DNA of 64,000 bases from an uncultured Veillonellaceae bacterium (lineage in GTDB: Bacteria; Bacillota; Negativicutes; JARBTT01), in the NCBI GenBank assembly GCA_963805085.1, contig CAWDTA010000002.1, forward strand, positions 128,001-192,000, given 5' to 3'. The number at the start of each line of letters is the position of its first letter. The first letter of the stretch is position 1. The notes beneath the pieces were generated by a model. That model was not told where the DNA came from. It was given only the letters and a program-made list of their open reading frames with translations, and made no database searches. The position numbers and the translations under genes were made by a program. Shown in pieces: positions 46,455 through 56,845 of the stretch.

Positions 46455-48275
46455 CTAGAAGCTACCACCAAAGCTAAAGTGTGTCCTACCACCATCTTCA
46501 CCTTTACCATAGTCAAGGCGAATTGGTCCAATTGGTGTTTCCATTTGAATTCCAACCCCAATACTACTATGAAGGCCAGAAAGAGTATAATTACCATCCC
46601 AAGCGTTACCAAAGTCAGTAAATAGTGCGCCTTGTACTTTGTTGACAATTGGGAAACGATATTCTACAGAACCTAGCAATAAATTTTTACCTTGGAACTG
46701 ATCATCTTTATAACCACGTAACGTAGTTTGTCCACCCGCATCAAATAATGCAGCCTCTGGCATTGAGCCAGTTGCATACCCTACTGTTGCCCTAGTTGCA
46801 ATTACATGATTACGACCAACCTTAAAATAATGATGATCTTCAAAAGAGTATTTATTATAGTCGAAGTCCCCACCAGCAATGCCAGCGAACTCACCACTAA
46901 CCGTAACTTTTGCCCCTTCGGTTGGATTATAGATATTATCTCTCGTATCAGTCGTATGCGCAAGAATTACACTACGCGTATTACCAAAGTTATCTTTTAA
47001 ATATTGTTGATGTTCAGCTGTACCATCACTATAATTGGTATCACCACTCACATGTTCAATATATTTGTCTGTACGATCTTTAAACGTAATATAGTTAGTT
47101 GAATATTCACTCACTGGACGCCCGAAAGAAAGTTCAACTCCTTTGTAATTTTTGTCATATGTTTCTATCAAATTACCGTTTCGATCATTATCATCATATT
47201 CATGCGTCATATCATATACACGAAAAGTTGCCGAAGTTTGTTTACTATCTAACCAAGGCTTAGTATAGCTAAATTGATAACTATCATAGCTATCAGCATC
47301 GCCACCGAATTCAAAATGAATTTTTATTGCATCTCCTGTACCTCTAAAATTAGTATCACCAATTTCAAAGATACCGATTAAACCGTCAGAACTACTATAC
47401 CCCGCACCAACAGAAAATGATCCTGTACGTTTTTCTACAACATCAGTTTCTAAAACAACAGCATTTGGTTCGCGACCAGGGTTTAATTTCATATTAACAT
47501 CTTCAAAATACCCTAAATTGTAAACCCTTTGCATACTGCGACGCGCATCTTTTACATTAAAAGCTTCGCCTGGTTTTAAGCGCATTTCACGTGTAACAAC
47601 ATAGTCCTTTGTTTTTGTATTGCCTTTTACTTGAAAACCTTCTAATACACCTTCATTAACAGACAACGTTAGGACGCCATCATTTGACATTGCAACATCA
47701 CTTACTTTTGTAAAGATATACCCTTTATCATGGTAATACCCTTCAATACTGCGTGCATTGGCATTTAATGTCTTTGTATTTAATATTTCACCTTTTTTTA
47801 TGGTAAGCATCTCTAAAATTTTGTTCGTATCAACTTTTGTATTCCCTTTTACGACGATATCTTTGAGAATTGGATTTTCAATTACAGTATAAACTACGTT
47901 TACACCTTCTGGAATTTCCTGAAAATTTACAATAATATCAAAAAAGTTTCCCATTTCATAAATAGATTGTAAATCCTGCTTAATTGCAGCTTCTGTTAAG
48001 GAATCGCCAGCCTTGGTCTTAGTTACTGCTAAAATATCATCTTGTTTCGTAATTTTATTACCAGCAACACTAATATTCATAATTGGTTTATTGACATAAG
48101 CACTCACTGGATTTGTAGCTTCAGCTGTTTTCGCAGTATCAGGAGATGCCACTACATCCGCTGGTGCTTCAACGTCATTTACCTCTTCTGCAAATACGGG
48201 AGTGGTAACTGTTACTAAACTAGTCGTAAGCATTAAGGCACATAAAATTGCTTTATATTTTTTATTAATATTCAT
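46455..48275 (-). CDS. bamA: Omp85/BamA outer-membrane protein assembly factor (about 3 POTRA domains)
   Basis: Three GN.K-containing POTRA repeats, LRGY motif, TPIGPIRLDYG, C-terminal F. Confidence 0.92.
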   Translation of the reverse strand: MNINKKYKAILCALMLTTSLVTVTTPVFAEEVNDVEAPADVVASPDTAKTAEATNPVSAYVNKPIMNISVAGNKITKQDDILAVTKTKAGDSLTEAAIKQDLQSIYEMGNFFDIIVNFQEIPEGVNVVYTVIENPILKDIVVKGNTKVDTNKILEMLTIKKGEILNTKTLNANARSIEGYYHDKGYIFTKVSDVAMSNDGVLTLSVNEGVLEGFQVKGNTKTKDYVVTREMRLKPGEAFNVKDARRSMQRVYNLGYFEDVNMKLNPGREPNAVVLETDVVEKRTGSFSVGAGYSSSDGLIGIFEIGDTNFRGTGDAIKIHFEFGGDADSYDSYQFSYTKPWLDSKQTSATFRVYDMTHEYDDNDRNGNLIETYDKNYKGVELSFGRPVSEYSTNYITFKDRTDKYIEHVSGDTNYSDGTAEHQQYLKDNFGNTRSVILAHTTDTRDNIYNPTEGAKVTVSGEFAGIAGGDFDYNKYSFEDHHYFKVGRNHVIATRATVGYATGSMPEAALFDAGGQTTLRGYKDDQFQGKNLLLGSVEYRFPIVNKVQGALFTDFGNAWDGNYTLSGLHSSIGVGIQMETPIGPIRLDYGKGEDGGRTHFSFGGSF

Positions 48276-48297
48276 GCATTATCCTCCAATTTCTACT

Positions 48298-48875
48298 CTA
48301 TTCCTGCCCACGTAGTGACTTACCTGCAGCTCGCATCAAATTTTGCATTTGTGCTGGCGGTAAATTTACTACATCTTCTTTAACCGCTGAAGCCGTGCTC
48401 GGCTTTTCTTCAATTTTTGATTTAGTTTCATTTCCTTGATTTACTTTAGTCACTTCACTAGCTGCGATTGGAACATCTACTTTTTTTCCACCATTTGCAT
48501 TGGCTTATCCATATCATTTATTGATATGTTTTGGTTTTTATCTAAAATCTCATTATTTACTTGTTCCATTTTATTGACATGACTAAATGTATTTATTGCT
48601 GGTTTCCCATTTAAAAATTCCCATCCACTAAAACCAACAACTACAACTAGCCCAGCAATGCAAGCTGCAAGAATACTGTGAATTAGTCGATATTTATTAT
48701 AATGTTTCTTATTTTCTACTCTTGATTCTTGCGCTCGCTTTAATTCCGCTTGCGCTAACATCAAATCAAGCTCACCTCTAATATTCTGCTCTTTATCAAA
48801 GGATTGCTCAGCCTTGCCAAGCCATGCTTTTGCCGCCTTCACATGTTTTGCCATTCGATCCTTTAACTCCACCAT
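48298..48875 (-). CDS. Single-pass membrane protein downstream of the sigma factor (candidate anti-sigma), split by a frameshift at 48480-48487
   Basis: Frame 1 (48875..48477): helical N-domain plus one TM. The -1 frame (48480..48298) continues 60 aa (VDVPIA...LPPAQMQNLMRAAGKSLRGQE*) and ends just before the bamA RBS. Confidence 0.65.
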
Positions 48876-49041
48876 TAGATCACACCCCTAATGTCAATCA
48901 TACAAACATATATATAATCCAATACAAAGTTAATATTAAAACTAGTTGTTTTAAGCTTTAATTCGCCAAAAACACTTGTTTTCATTCAATATCCTTACAA
49001 ATTCATCGTAACTTGACCGTTTTTCATCATTTAAAAAGCAT

Positions 49042-49680
49042 CTACCAATGTTTCATCAGATTTGATAACATTCCACGAATCCTTTTAATCCCCCGTTTCT
49101 GCAAACGATAGATATGCGTGGTGCTAAGTTCTAAATTTTCAGCAACCTCTTTTACATCTTGATCTTTCATATACACACCTCGCAAAACTAGTTGCTCCTT
49201 TTCCGGCAACCTTTGTATTGCATGATTTAGTTGGTCCACTAAAAAACTTTGTTCGACCTGATTTGACACTGCTGGTGCCAAATCGATAATATTCTCACCT
49301 AAGGTCGTCACATTGTCCCCATTATACATTGGTCTGTCAATATAAGTCAACTCAGCACCTCCTTCCTTTTGTAGGAAGTTAAGCATCCGCCCACGAATAC
49401 GATGCAGTGCATATAGACTAAACGCTACGCTACGCTCATGGTTATAATTTTCTACGGCTTCAATCAGACCAACCGTTCCTTCTTGCACGATATCCATGAC
49501 ATTATCGTTTACTTTTAATTGCATAACAGCTTTAAATACAAGAGGTTGATAACTTTCAATTAAAACTTGTCGGGCTTTAATATCTTGATTTATTTTATAC
49601 TCTCGCCAAAGCTTAGCTTCTTCTTCTATATTTAACATTTTTATTTTTTTTAGTTCTTTTAAATATTCACTAAGTTCCAT
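49042..49680 (-). CDS. Sigma-70 family RNA polymerase sigma factor (group 3-like, regions 1.2/2/4)
   Basis: YL.E......L..EEE, D.VQEG.VGLIEAV..Y, F..YA..RIRG, C-terminal HTH (EVAENLELS); likely start MELS at 49680. Confidence 0.9.
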   Translation of the reverse strand: MELSEYLKELKKIKMLNIEEEAKLWREYKINQDIKARQVLIESYQPLVFKAVMQLKVNDNVMDIVQEGTVGLIEAVENYNHERSVAFSLYALHRIRGRMLNFLQKEGGAELTYIDRPMYNGDNVTTLGENIIDLAPAVSNQVEQSFLVDQLNHAIQRLPEKEQLVLRGVYMKDQDVKEVAENLELSTTHIYRLQKRGIKRIRGMLSNLMKHW

Positions 49681-49695
49681 TTGTATCAACCCCAA

Positions 49696-52600
49696 TTAAA
49701 ACTTAATTCTAGCTTCAAGCCCAATTGTAGTATTATGGTTTTGGTCAACATCCCCGTTCAAACTCAATCTATTATTGAAGTCGTAACGAATACCCAATTT
49801 ATACGCTTGATAATCTACCCCTGCTGTATATGTTAACATTGTTTTATCATTGATATATTTACCAATTTCAACATTATATACTTCACGACTTGAGCCATTA
49901 TTGTTAGCACTACTTGCTGAAAGAGTATCCCGAACTACATTAAATTCATCTACACCAATTGCTTGACGAAGTATACTCTCTATTTCACTTAAAAAGCTCA
50001 TTTGTAAACCAATATTAAGCATTGATGTAAGTTCGTCGCGCCCCATAGAAGAATCATTATTATCTTTGCTGTTATAATGACTCCTTAAAGTCAATAATGA
50101 TAAAATTTCTTGTTCATTCATCTCCGGATCAGATGTTAACTTAAAATTCATTGCCTCTACTGGTCCATTAACATTCAAATAGACTTTCGTTTTTTCTAAT
50201 CTTGTATCTGCCTCTACATGAAGACTTGGGAACAAAGATCCAACTTGATTAAAGTAGGCATTTGCCTCTCTAACTTTAAACGATGTCTTCAGATAACTAA
50301 TCGTACCACGCGTAGAATGAATTTCTCCAGAAGTCCGTGGGTGTAGTGTGCTACCAGTAAAATTAGCATGCCCTTCTAGCCAAATATCATATAGGAAAGA
50401 ATTATATAAACGAACTTTTTTACCAACATTCACATCTACATCTAATCGTATATGTGGCATTTCTGTTTCACTAGCAGCAATCATTGGAATATCTACAGTG
50501 CAATTTTCAAAATTCAAATTGCCTGCAATCTTCGGTACTCCATTATCATCAATCAGGGTGAACATACCTTCTAAAGGACCTGTATAGTATTTATTTACAA
50601 TATCAAGTTTATCTAAATTCAGGGCAAAATTATAATCCACAAGCCCTTGGGCTGTGATGCGACTAGTTCCCGAAATTTTATAAGATCCATTTCCCATTAC
50701 ACCTTCGAATGTTTTCAAATCTATTTTATCATTTAAAAATTCAATATCAAGTGCCATTTTTTGGACAGGCTTTGCTAATTGCTTAAATTTAACAGCCCCA
50801 TTTGTAACAGTTACTGCCCCATTAAGGAGTGGATTATCAAGTGTACCACTAATTGTAATACCACCTTTAGTCGGACCAATTGCCCAATCAACTTGTTTGG
50901 TTAAAAGTGGCAAAATGCTAAGATCTGCTTGATCTAACGATACTTTTAAATCCATTTGATTTTTAACGTCAGCATGTTCTCTTTCACCCTTGACAATTGC
51001 TGCCAAAGGAACAATACCGTAAGCACTCGCTTTATACTGGCCCTTATTTAAAAGTATTTGCTGGACATTAATAATACCATCTTGCAATATAAACATACCA
51101 TAGAGTGAATCAAAGGTTGCCGTGCCTACACCGCCACCTTGAATATCTATTGAGACATCTGCCTTTGGATTGTCAAGCATGCCGGTTATTTGCGACCCAA
51201 AATTTAGAACTCCTTTAGTATCAACATCAAGATCTGCTAAATTTGTCAATAAACCAGCTTCAATATTTTGACCAGCGACTTCAACATTAAGTTCACCGGC
51301 TAAATCCATCTTACCTTGTGCAACTAATCTCCCGTTGCCTTGCACAGCATTAAAACGAGTAATTGTAACTACTTTATCATCTAAAGACACATCTAAATCT
51401 ACATTATCTAATTTATATTTTTTAAGCGACCCCTCTTTTAAATTACCCAATAAACGTACTTTAGGATTGTCTGTTGTACCTTCTAAATGAATATTACCAT
51501 TGAGTGTCCCATCAATCCAATTTTGATCAACATTTAAAATCTTTAAAATGGAAGCTAATTGACCATCTTTTACATCTAAATTACCTTGTATTTGTTTTGT
51601 CTTAATATTTGCATTTGCCGATAAACTAAAGCTGCTTTTCTCTTGATTAAAACTAAACGAGGTGAGATCAACGACATCATTGCCATAATTTATTTTACCA
51701 TCTACTTTTTCCAAATTCCGGCCGTTGAAAGCGACACTATCGGCAGTTAATTGTCCATTAAATTTTGGTGCATCTACATTTCCCTGTAATTTACCAATAA
51801 ATTTTGCTTGACCAGATACTGGATATGGTAGTTGTAAACGAAGCTTTTGGACATCAATATCGTCAGCAACAATATCAAAATCAAGATCTTCATTTGCTGT
51901 TAAAACGCCCTTTAATTTCACATTTAAACTAGGTGAACTAACAGAAAAATCTTTTATTTCGGTTTGCCCATTTTTCCGTTGATACTTACCTTGTGCCTTT
52001 GTTAATAATATTCCTCTAAAACTGCCTTGGTTGAAGCTAATTTGCCCATCAGCATTGATATTATCCAGCGTCCCCGTAAGTACAACATCGTTGTCAACGT
52101 TACCTGTAAGAGCTTCACCCGGTAATAATAATTTCACAATATTTTCAGCTCTTGCCTGTCTTGATGAAACTTTTATATTGAGTGATTTATCAGCTGTCAA
52201 ACCAATAGTACCACTTATTTCATGCTTTGAGACGCCATCTAACAAATCAAGTTTTTCAATATTTACTTGATTTTTATCTGCACTTAAACTACCTTGCGCA
52301 ACTTTAAATGGTTGATAGAAGGCACTGCCGTTTATCGCGGAAAAATTACTTTTGACTTGTGGCTGGTTAGTAGTTCCCGTTACTTGACCAGAAAAATCAG
52401 CGAATCCACTTAAAATAAGATTTTGATCTATACTTGCTAATTGCTCAAGTCCAACTGCAGAACCATAAAAGTTAATAGCCAATTGATTACCATTTATAGA
52501 TCCATCGGCAGTAATTTTTCCCTGCGGTAATCCAATTGTTAAATAATCAACTGTAATATCTTCACCTTGTTTGTAAAAGCTAGTATCCATATTTGCAAAA

Positions 52601-53982
52601 GCAATCCCTTGATAAGTCCCGTTGACAATACCCGCATTACCATAGACAGCAGTCATATGATTTAAATCTAAACCTTTTCCGACAATAGCTACATCAGCTT
52701 TTGCATTACCTGAAATCTGCGGAATATAATCACCTAAACTTGTTAAAGAAATATTGTCGGCCTTTGCTTGTAAGTTATATTCTTCAGTAATCGTATTGAT
52801 TTGACCATGAGCATCGACGGTTCCGCCCAGAATTGAAGCCGTAAAATGATCAACAAGCACCATATTGTTAACGAATTTCAATTGTGCTTTTACATTATGA
52901 ATGTCGTAATCATATAAAGTTCCTTCTGCAACATTAAACTCACCACTAATGATTGGTTCACTCATTTTACCGGTAATATTTGCTTTAAAAGCGATCGCAC
53001 CTTTCAGTGGAAAACTAGCTAAAACCTTACTTGCATCAAAACCTTTGGAGCTCACCTGTAAATTTAACACAGGTTCTACAACATCTAAATTAGTTGTACC
53101 TCGCAGGACAATTGGCTGCTCAGCTATCTTACCGCGACTAAATACACGGATTTCTTTCTCATTAAAAAGGATTAAACCGTCAATTTTATCAATGATTGTA
53201 CCTTGCGCCTCTACACTAACGCCCGTAACAACTGTTTCACCATTAAATTCATACTCACCATTTACTTTTAACATAGTAACATCGAATTTCTTCAAATTGC
53301 CTTTTAGCACTTTAATCGCCATTTTTTCTGGTAGAAATTCTAAATAATTTTCTAAATTAAAATCTTCCGCTTTAATACTAAGTGCTTGGTGCTCACCGCC
53401 TATGGTTCCCGAAGTTATTAAACTACCACCTTTGTGCTTTAATGAAATATTTAAAGCAATGGAAGGTTGACTAACAAAATCTAGTGTACCATTAATATCT
53501 TCTAACGTTGCCTCTTTTCCTTCAGCACTGAGATTTGCTGTTGCATTTTTGAGCTCTACTTTTCCTTTAAATTCATTGGAAGCATTTTGTTCACCTGATA
53601 AAAGATCCATATAGTTCCATCTACCATCTTTTTGCTGGACTATATTGACTTCGGAATCATTTACTATCACTTTATCAATCGCCTGAATGACAGATTTATC
53701 TCGTATGATATCAAGTAGGCTAAAAGCCACCTCTACATTTTTTGCAGTTGCTAAAACCTCACCATTCTTAGTATAAATAGTAATTCCATCTGCTGAAATT
53801 TCTGTTGGTGATTTTATCTGTATGGAATTCACTTTTACATCCGTATTTAAAATATTCGTGATTTCAGTTGATAGAACTCCCGCTGTTGTCGTCATAAAAG
53901 ATTGACTTTTTATCCACAATAAGCTAATTCCAACAATCATAATCAGTGTTAATGCAATTATAATCAATGCTTTACGCCACAT
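49696..53982 (-). CDS. tamB: TamB/AsmA-like bridge protein (DUF490 C-terminus)
   Basis: N-terminal TM, ~1400 aa of repeated beta-taco strands, L.SDP.M....ILSLL motif, position in the cluster. Confidence 0.88.
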   Translation of the reverse strand: MWRKALIIIALTLIMIVGISLLWIKSQSFMTTTAGVLSTEITNILNTDVKVNSIQIKSPTEISADGITIYTKNGEVLATAKNVEVAFSLLDIIRDKSVIQAIDKVIVNDSEVNIVQQKDGRWNYMDLLSGEQNASNEFKGKVELKNATANLSAEGKEATLEDINGTLDFVSQPSIALNISLKHKGGSLITSGTIGGEHQALSIKAEDFNLENYLEFLPEKMAIKVLKGNLKKFDVTMLKVNGEYEFNGETVVTGVSVEAQGTIIDKIDGLILFNEKEIRVFSRGKIAEQPIVLRGTTNLDVVEPVLNLQVSSKGFDASKVLASFPLKGAIAFKANITGKMSEPIISGEFNVAEGTLYDYDIHNVKAQLKFVNNMVLVDHFTASILGGTVDAHGQINTITEEYNLQAKADNISLTSLGDYIPQISGNAKADVAIVGKGLDLNHMTAVYGNAGIVNGTYQGIAFANMDTSFYKQGEDITVDYLTIGLPQGKITADGSINGNQLAINFYGSAVGLEQLASIDQNLILSGFADFSGQVTGTTNQPQVKSNFSAINGSAFYQPFKVAQGSLSADKNQVNIEKLDLLDGVSKHEISGTIGLTADKSLNIKVSSRQARAENIVKLLLPGEALTGNVDNDVVLTGTLDNINADGQISFNQGSFRGILLTKAQGKYQRKNGQTEIKDFSVSSPSLNVKLKGVLTANEDLDFDIVADDIDVQKLRLQLPYPVSGQAKFIGKLQGNVDAPKFNGQLTADSVAFNGRNLEKVDGKINYGNDVVDLTSFSFNQEKSSFSLSANANIKTKQIQGNLDVKDGQLASILKILNVDQNWIDGTLNGNIHLEGTTDNPKVRLLGNLKEGSLKKYKLDNVDLDVSLDDKVVTITRFNAVQGNGRLVAQGKMDLAGELNVEVAGQNIEAGLLTNLADLDVDTKGVLNFGSQITGMLDNPKADVSIDIQGGGVGTATFDSLYGMFILQDGIINVQQILLNKGQYKASAYGIVPLAAIVKGEREHADVKNQMDLKVSLDQADLSILPLLTKQVDWAIGPTKGGITISGTLDNPLLNGAVTVTNGAVKFKQLAKPVQKMALDIEFLNDKIDLKTFEGVMGNGSYKISGTSRITAQGLVDYNFALNLDKLDIVNKYYTGPLEGMFTLIDDNGVPKIAGNLNFENCTVDIPMIAASETEMPHIRLDVDVNVGKKVRLYNSFLYDIWLEGHANFTGSTLHPRTSGEIHSTRGTISYLKTSFKVREANAYFNQVGSLFPSLHVEADTRLEKTKVYLNVNGPVEAMNFKLTSDPEMNEQEILSLLTLRSHYNSKDNNDSSMGRDELTSMLNIGLQMSFLSEIESILRQAIGVDEFNVVRDTLSASSANNNGSSREVYNVEIGKYINDKTMLTYTAGVDYQAYKLGIRYDFNNRLSLNGDVDQNHNTTIGLEARIKF

Positions 53983-54030
53983 AAATCTATCCTCCAAGTC
54001 AAAATACCTGTAACCATATATCTTACTCTA

Positions 54031-54056
54031 TTTCGACGTCAGCATTCACACTTCCT
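54031..54056 (-). promoter_or_regulatory. Imperfect sigma-H-like promoter upstream of tamB
   Basis: acAGGA-N18-GAAA(T) (acAGGAagtgtgaatgctgacgtcGAAAt). Confidence 0.4.
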
Positions 54057-54131
54057 GTAGTAAAAATTTACTATTCGAACCAAATGCATACTAGTCTAAA
54101 CAATTGATATTTAAAATTCACTTGGATATAG

Positions 54132-54167
54132 AACGGAGCTGTCACAAAACCTTGTAACAGCTCCGTT
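54132..54167 (-). terminator. Hairpin terminator after tolC
   Basis: AACGGAGCTGT.ACAA / TTGT.ACAGCTCCGTT. Confidence 0.7.
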
Positions 54168-54179
54168 ATTAAGAAGAAA

Positions 54180-55475
54180 TTATTTTACTGCAATCCCCAT
54201 TGCTTGGTCTAGAGTTGCTTTACCAGTATTATAGTCATACAGTGCTTTAATATAATCCTTCTGTGCAGACGTTAATGAAACTTGTGCATCAATTACATCA
54301 CTATTCGTTCCTACACCAGAACTATAACGGACTTGCTCGATTTTCAAATCTTCGCGTGCTTTTTCTATGGCTACTTTACTTGTTTGGATCGTTTTTTCCG
54401 CCGTTACGATCGTTAAATATGCTTTGCGGACTTCTAATTGTATAGAATCTTTTGTCTGTTTTGCCGTTTCCTCAGTTTTTAGCAAAGCGGCTTCTGAGCT
54501 TTTAATATTTGACTTCGTGACATTTCCATCAAAAACATTCCAAGTAGTCGTAAGACCAGCAGACCAGCCATTGTCGTCAGTACCAGCAAATTTATCATCA
54601 GCCAAGCTCTTGGTTGCACTAAAAGTAACATATGGCCTTTGGTCACCTTTTGAAATATTTACAGCTTCTTTTTCCATATCAATATTTTTCTGTGCAATCT
54701 TTGCATCAGGACGATTTTCCAAGGCATAAGCAATACAATCCGCTAAAGATATTTCGTATTTTTCATATTTTAATTGATCAAGCGTGGTCACTACCGTATC
54801 TTGTGGCAGACCAACTGCATTATTAAACGTAGCTACCGCTAGGTCATAATCATTTTTTGTTGAAACCAGCGTTTGTTCTGCAGTTACCAAGTTCACTTCA
54901 GAACTAAGGACATCCGACTTTGCTACCGTACCAACTTCATATTGTGCTTGTACGTTTTTTAAATGAGTTTTATAACTTTCTACGGATTCTTCGCTTACTT
55001 TTACAACCTCAGCACATTTTAAAATATCAAAATAATCCGTTGTTACTTCTTCTTTTAATGATTGTTTGGTATCGTCAAGTGTTAAATCGTAAACCTCCGT
55101 ATTTATTTCCGCTTTTTTGATCTTACCTTCTAATGTACCACCACTATAAATTGGTATCGATGCTGTCAGAGCATTCGTAAAATCATTCCCTGTTACATAT
55201 TTCTTATAAGTTGAACTATAAGCCTTACTCCGACTATCTTTATGCGTATAATCAAATGAGAAACTTTTCGCACCTTTTGCTGCAGCTAAATCCCATTTTG
55301 CGCCTTCTTGTTCTGCGCCAACGATTTTAATACTTTGGTTATTATTCAATGCAAGGTCAATGCTTTGTTCCAAGGTCAAATCTACAGCATTTGCAAAAAC
55401 GGTTGCACTGGTGAAACTTAGTAAAGCACCCAACACCATCGCTGTTAACTGTTTATTAAAATTATATTTTATCAT
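54180..55475 (-). CDS. tolC: TolC family outer-membrane channel
   Basis: Signal peptide, LTLE..I.LAL.NN, PIYSGG, Y..G....DV..A two-fold repeat. Confidence 0.9.
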   Translation of the reverse strand: MIKYNFNKQLTAMVLGALLSFTSATVFANAVDLTLEQSIDLALNNNQSIKIVGAEQEGAKWDLAAAKGAKSFSFDYTHKDSRSKAYSSTYKKYVTGNDFTNALTASIPIYSGGTLEGKIKKAEINTEVYDLTLDDTKQSLKEEVTTDYFDILKCAEVVKVSEESVESYKTHLKNVQAQYEVGTVAKSDVLSSEVNLVTAEQTLVSTKNDYDLAVATFNNAVGLPQDTVVTTLDQLKYEKYEISLADCIAYALENRPDAKIAQKNIDMEKEAVNISKGDQRPYVTFSATKSLADDKFAGTDDNGWSAGLTTTWNVFDGNVTKSNIKSSEAALLKTEETAKQTKDSIQLEVRKAYLTIVTAEKTIQTSKVAIEKAREDLKIEQVRYSSGVGTNSDVIDAQVSLTSAQKDYIKALYDYNTGKATLDQAMGIAVK

Positions 55476-55501
55476 TTCTAATTTTCCTCCTACTTTTAGA
55501 G

Positions 55502-55521
55502 TTTTGACTATGCAGTCAAAA
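55502..55521. promoter_or_regulatory. Palindromic candidate operator between the tolC promoter and RBS
   Basis: TTTTGACT-atgc-AGTCAAAA. Confidence 0.55.
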
Positions 55522-55531
55522 ACTACACTTC

Positions 55532-55560
55532 ATTATATTATTTATCAAATTTAGTGTCAA
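55532..55560 (-). promoter_or_regulatory. Consensus sigma-A promoter of tolC
   Basis: TTGACA-N17-TATAAT, an exact match to the consensus. Confidence 0.8.
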
Positions 55561-55573
55561 GAACAATCCATTT

Positions 55574-56845
55574 TTAAAACGAATGACGCATACCTACAAA
55601 AGACTCTCGCCCCTCACTTTTATTGATACTATCGGTTTCTCCCACAATAAAAGTTTCTGGGGCAACTTCATATTGCGCTCTGAGTTTTACTCTTAAATCA
55701 TTTGGATCGTAAGCATCGACTGACATGCGAAATTCATTGTTTATTTTTGCATCCAAACCGACACCAGCTTTACTATCAATAAGCCCAACCCTACTTGCAA
55801 ATTTATCACTACCAGAACCAATTTGTACATTTGTTTTATTTCCTTCACCGATATCATTTACTCCTAATAAAACAAAGTCATTCGGTGAAGTATGGATTTT
55901 GATATCAGCATTGGTCTTATAATCCTCTGAACTTGCACTATAGAGTGTTTCTACACTGGTTTCTGCTTTGATATTCGACACCTGGTTCATCATACGATTG
56001 GCCTTTTCACTAACACCGCGTGCATTACGAAGCGTAGTTTTTAAATTTTCTGCGGTTTCTGGATCAGTCACAAAACCTTCAATTGAAACGGCCATATTTT
56101 CTACGCGTTTACTGGTAGCATTCAAATTTGCAATTGCTTCTCGCAAATCCGTCGCCGTTTGGCCATTGTTATCTACTGTAGCAAGCATATGGTCAACACG
56201 GCCAGCGGCATTCATCATACTACCCGACATAAATTTCAGATTCGTCACCATCGCCTTTACATCTTGTTCATTATTGACTGCCATCCGTGCCATGACAGCG
56301 CTCATTCGATTTAAATTCTCAGTAAGTTCTTTTACACTCACAGCAGAATCAATCAGTGCATTTTGTACACGTTCATCACCAAAGACTGTATTTAATGATT
56401 GCACTAATTTTTGGATGTCCAGCAGTACACTATCCGCTGTCACCAATAAGCGATCTATGCCTTGCTGATCTCTTCCAGTAATAGCATCGCCAGGTTTTAA
56501 AAATCCCTTTGTTTCAGCACCTGGAGATATACTGATATATTTTTCTCCCATTAATCCGTCTGCACCAATCCCAACAATTGCAGTATCGGGGATTTTAACC
56601 CCAGGATTGATTAGAAGTCTGACTTTAGCTCCATCAGGTTCTGCATGAACGTCATCTACTTTGCCAATATCTACACCAGCATAACGAACAAGATTACCAG
56701 GTTTCAATCCATTGACTTCATTAAATAGAACATCAACAGGATAGCCTTTATCACCAACACCAATTCCACCGAGATGAACGATGATATAGGTTAACAGAGC
56801 CAATCCTAAGATTGTAAATGCGCCTACTTTAGCTTCTGTTGTCAT
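55574..56845 (-). CDS. mlaD: MlaD/MCE protein with a long helical region and C-terminal beta strands
   Basis: EAKVGAF TM, GL..G..V.YAGV.IG.V, GLMGEKYISI.PG MCE motifs; C-terminal F. Confidence 0.9.
   Translation of the reverse strand: MTTEAKVGAFTILGLALLTYIIVHLGGIGVGDKGYPVDVLFNEVNGLKPGNLVRYAGVDIGKVDDVHAEPDGAKVRLLINPGVKIPDTAIVGIGADGLMGEKYISISPGAETKGFLKPGDAITGRDQQGIDRLLVTADSVLLDIQKLVQSLNTVFGDERVQNALIDSAVSVKELTENLNRMSAVMARMAVNNEQDVKAMVTNLKFMSGSMMNAAGRVDHMLATVDNNGQTATDLREAIANLNATSKRVENMAVSIEGFVTDPETAENLKTTLRNARGVSEKANRMMNQVSNIKAETSVETLYSASSEDYKTNADIKIHTSPNDFVLLGVNDIGEGNKTNVQIGSGSDKFASRVGLIDSKAGVGLDAKINNEFRMSVDAYDPNDLRVKLRAQYEVAPETFIVGETDSINKSEGRESFVGMRHSF

Noticed and set aside
48961-48985. Further sigma-H-like sites (before the partner gene at 48875; also near 35663 and 3483)
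   Set aside because: The -35 box is mismatched (ATGA, TGGA, AGGT) and/or the spacing is wrong, so these are too weak in AT-rich DNA.
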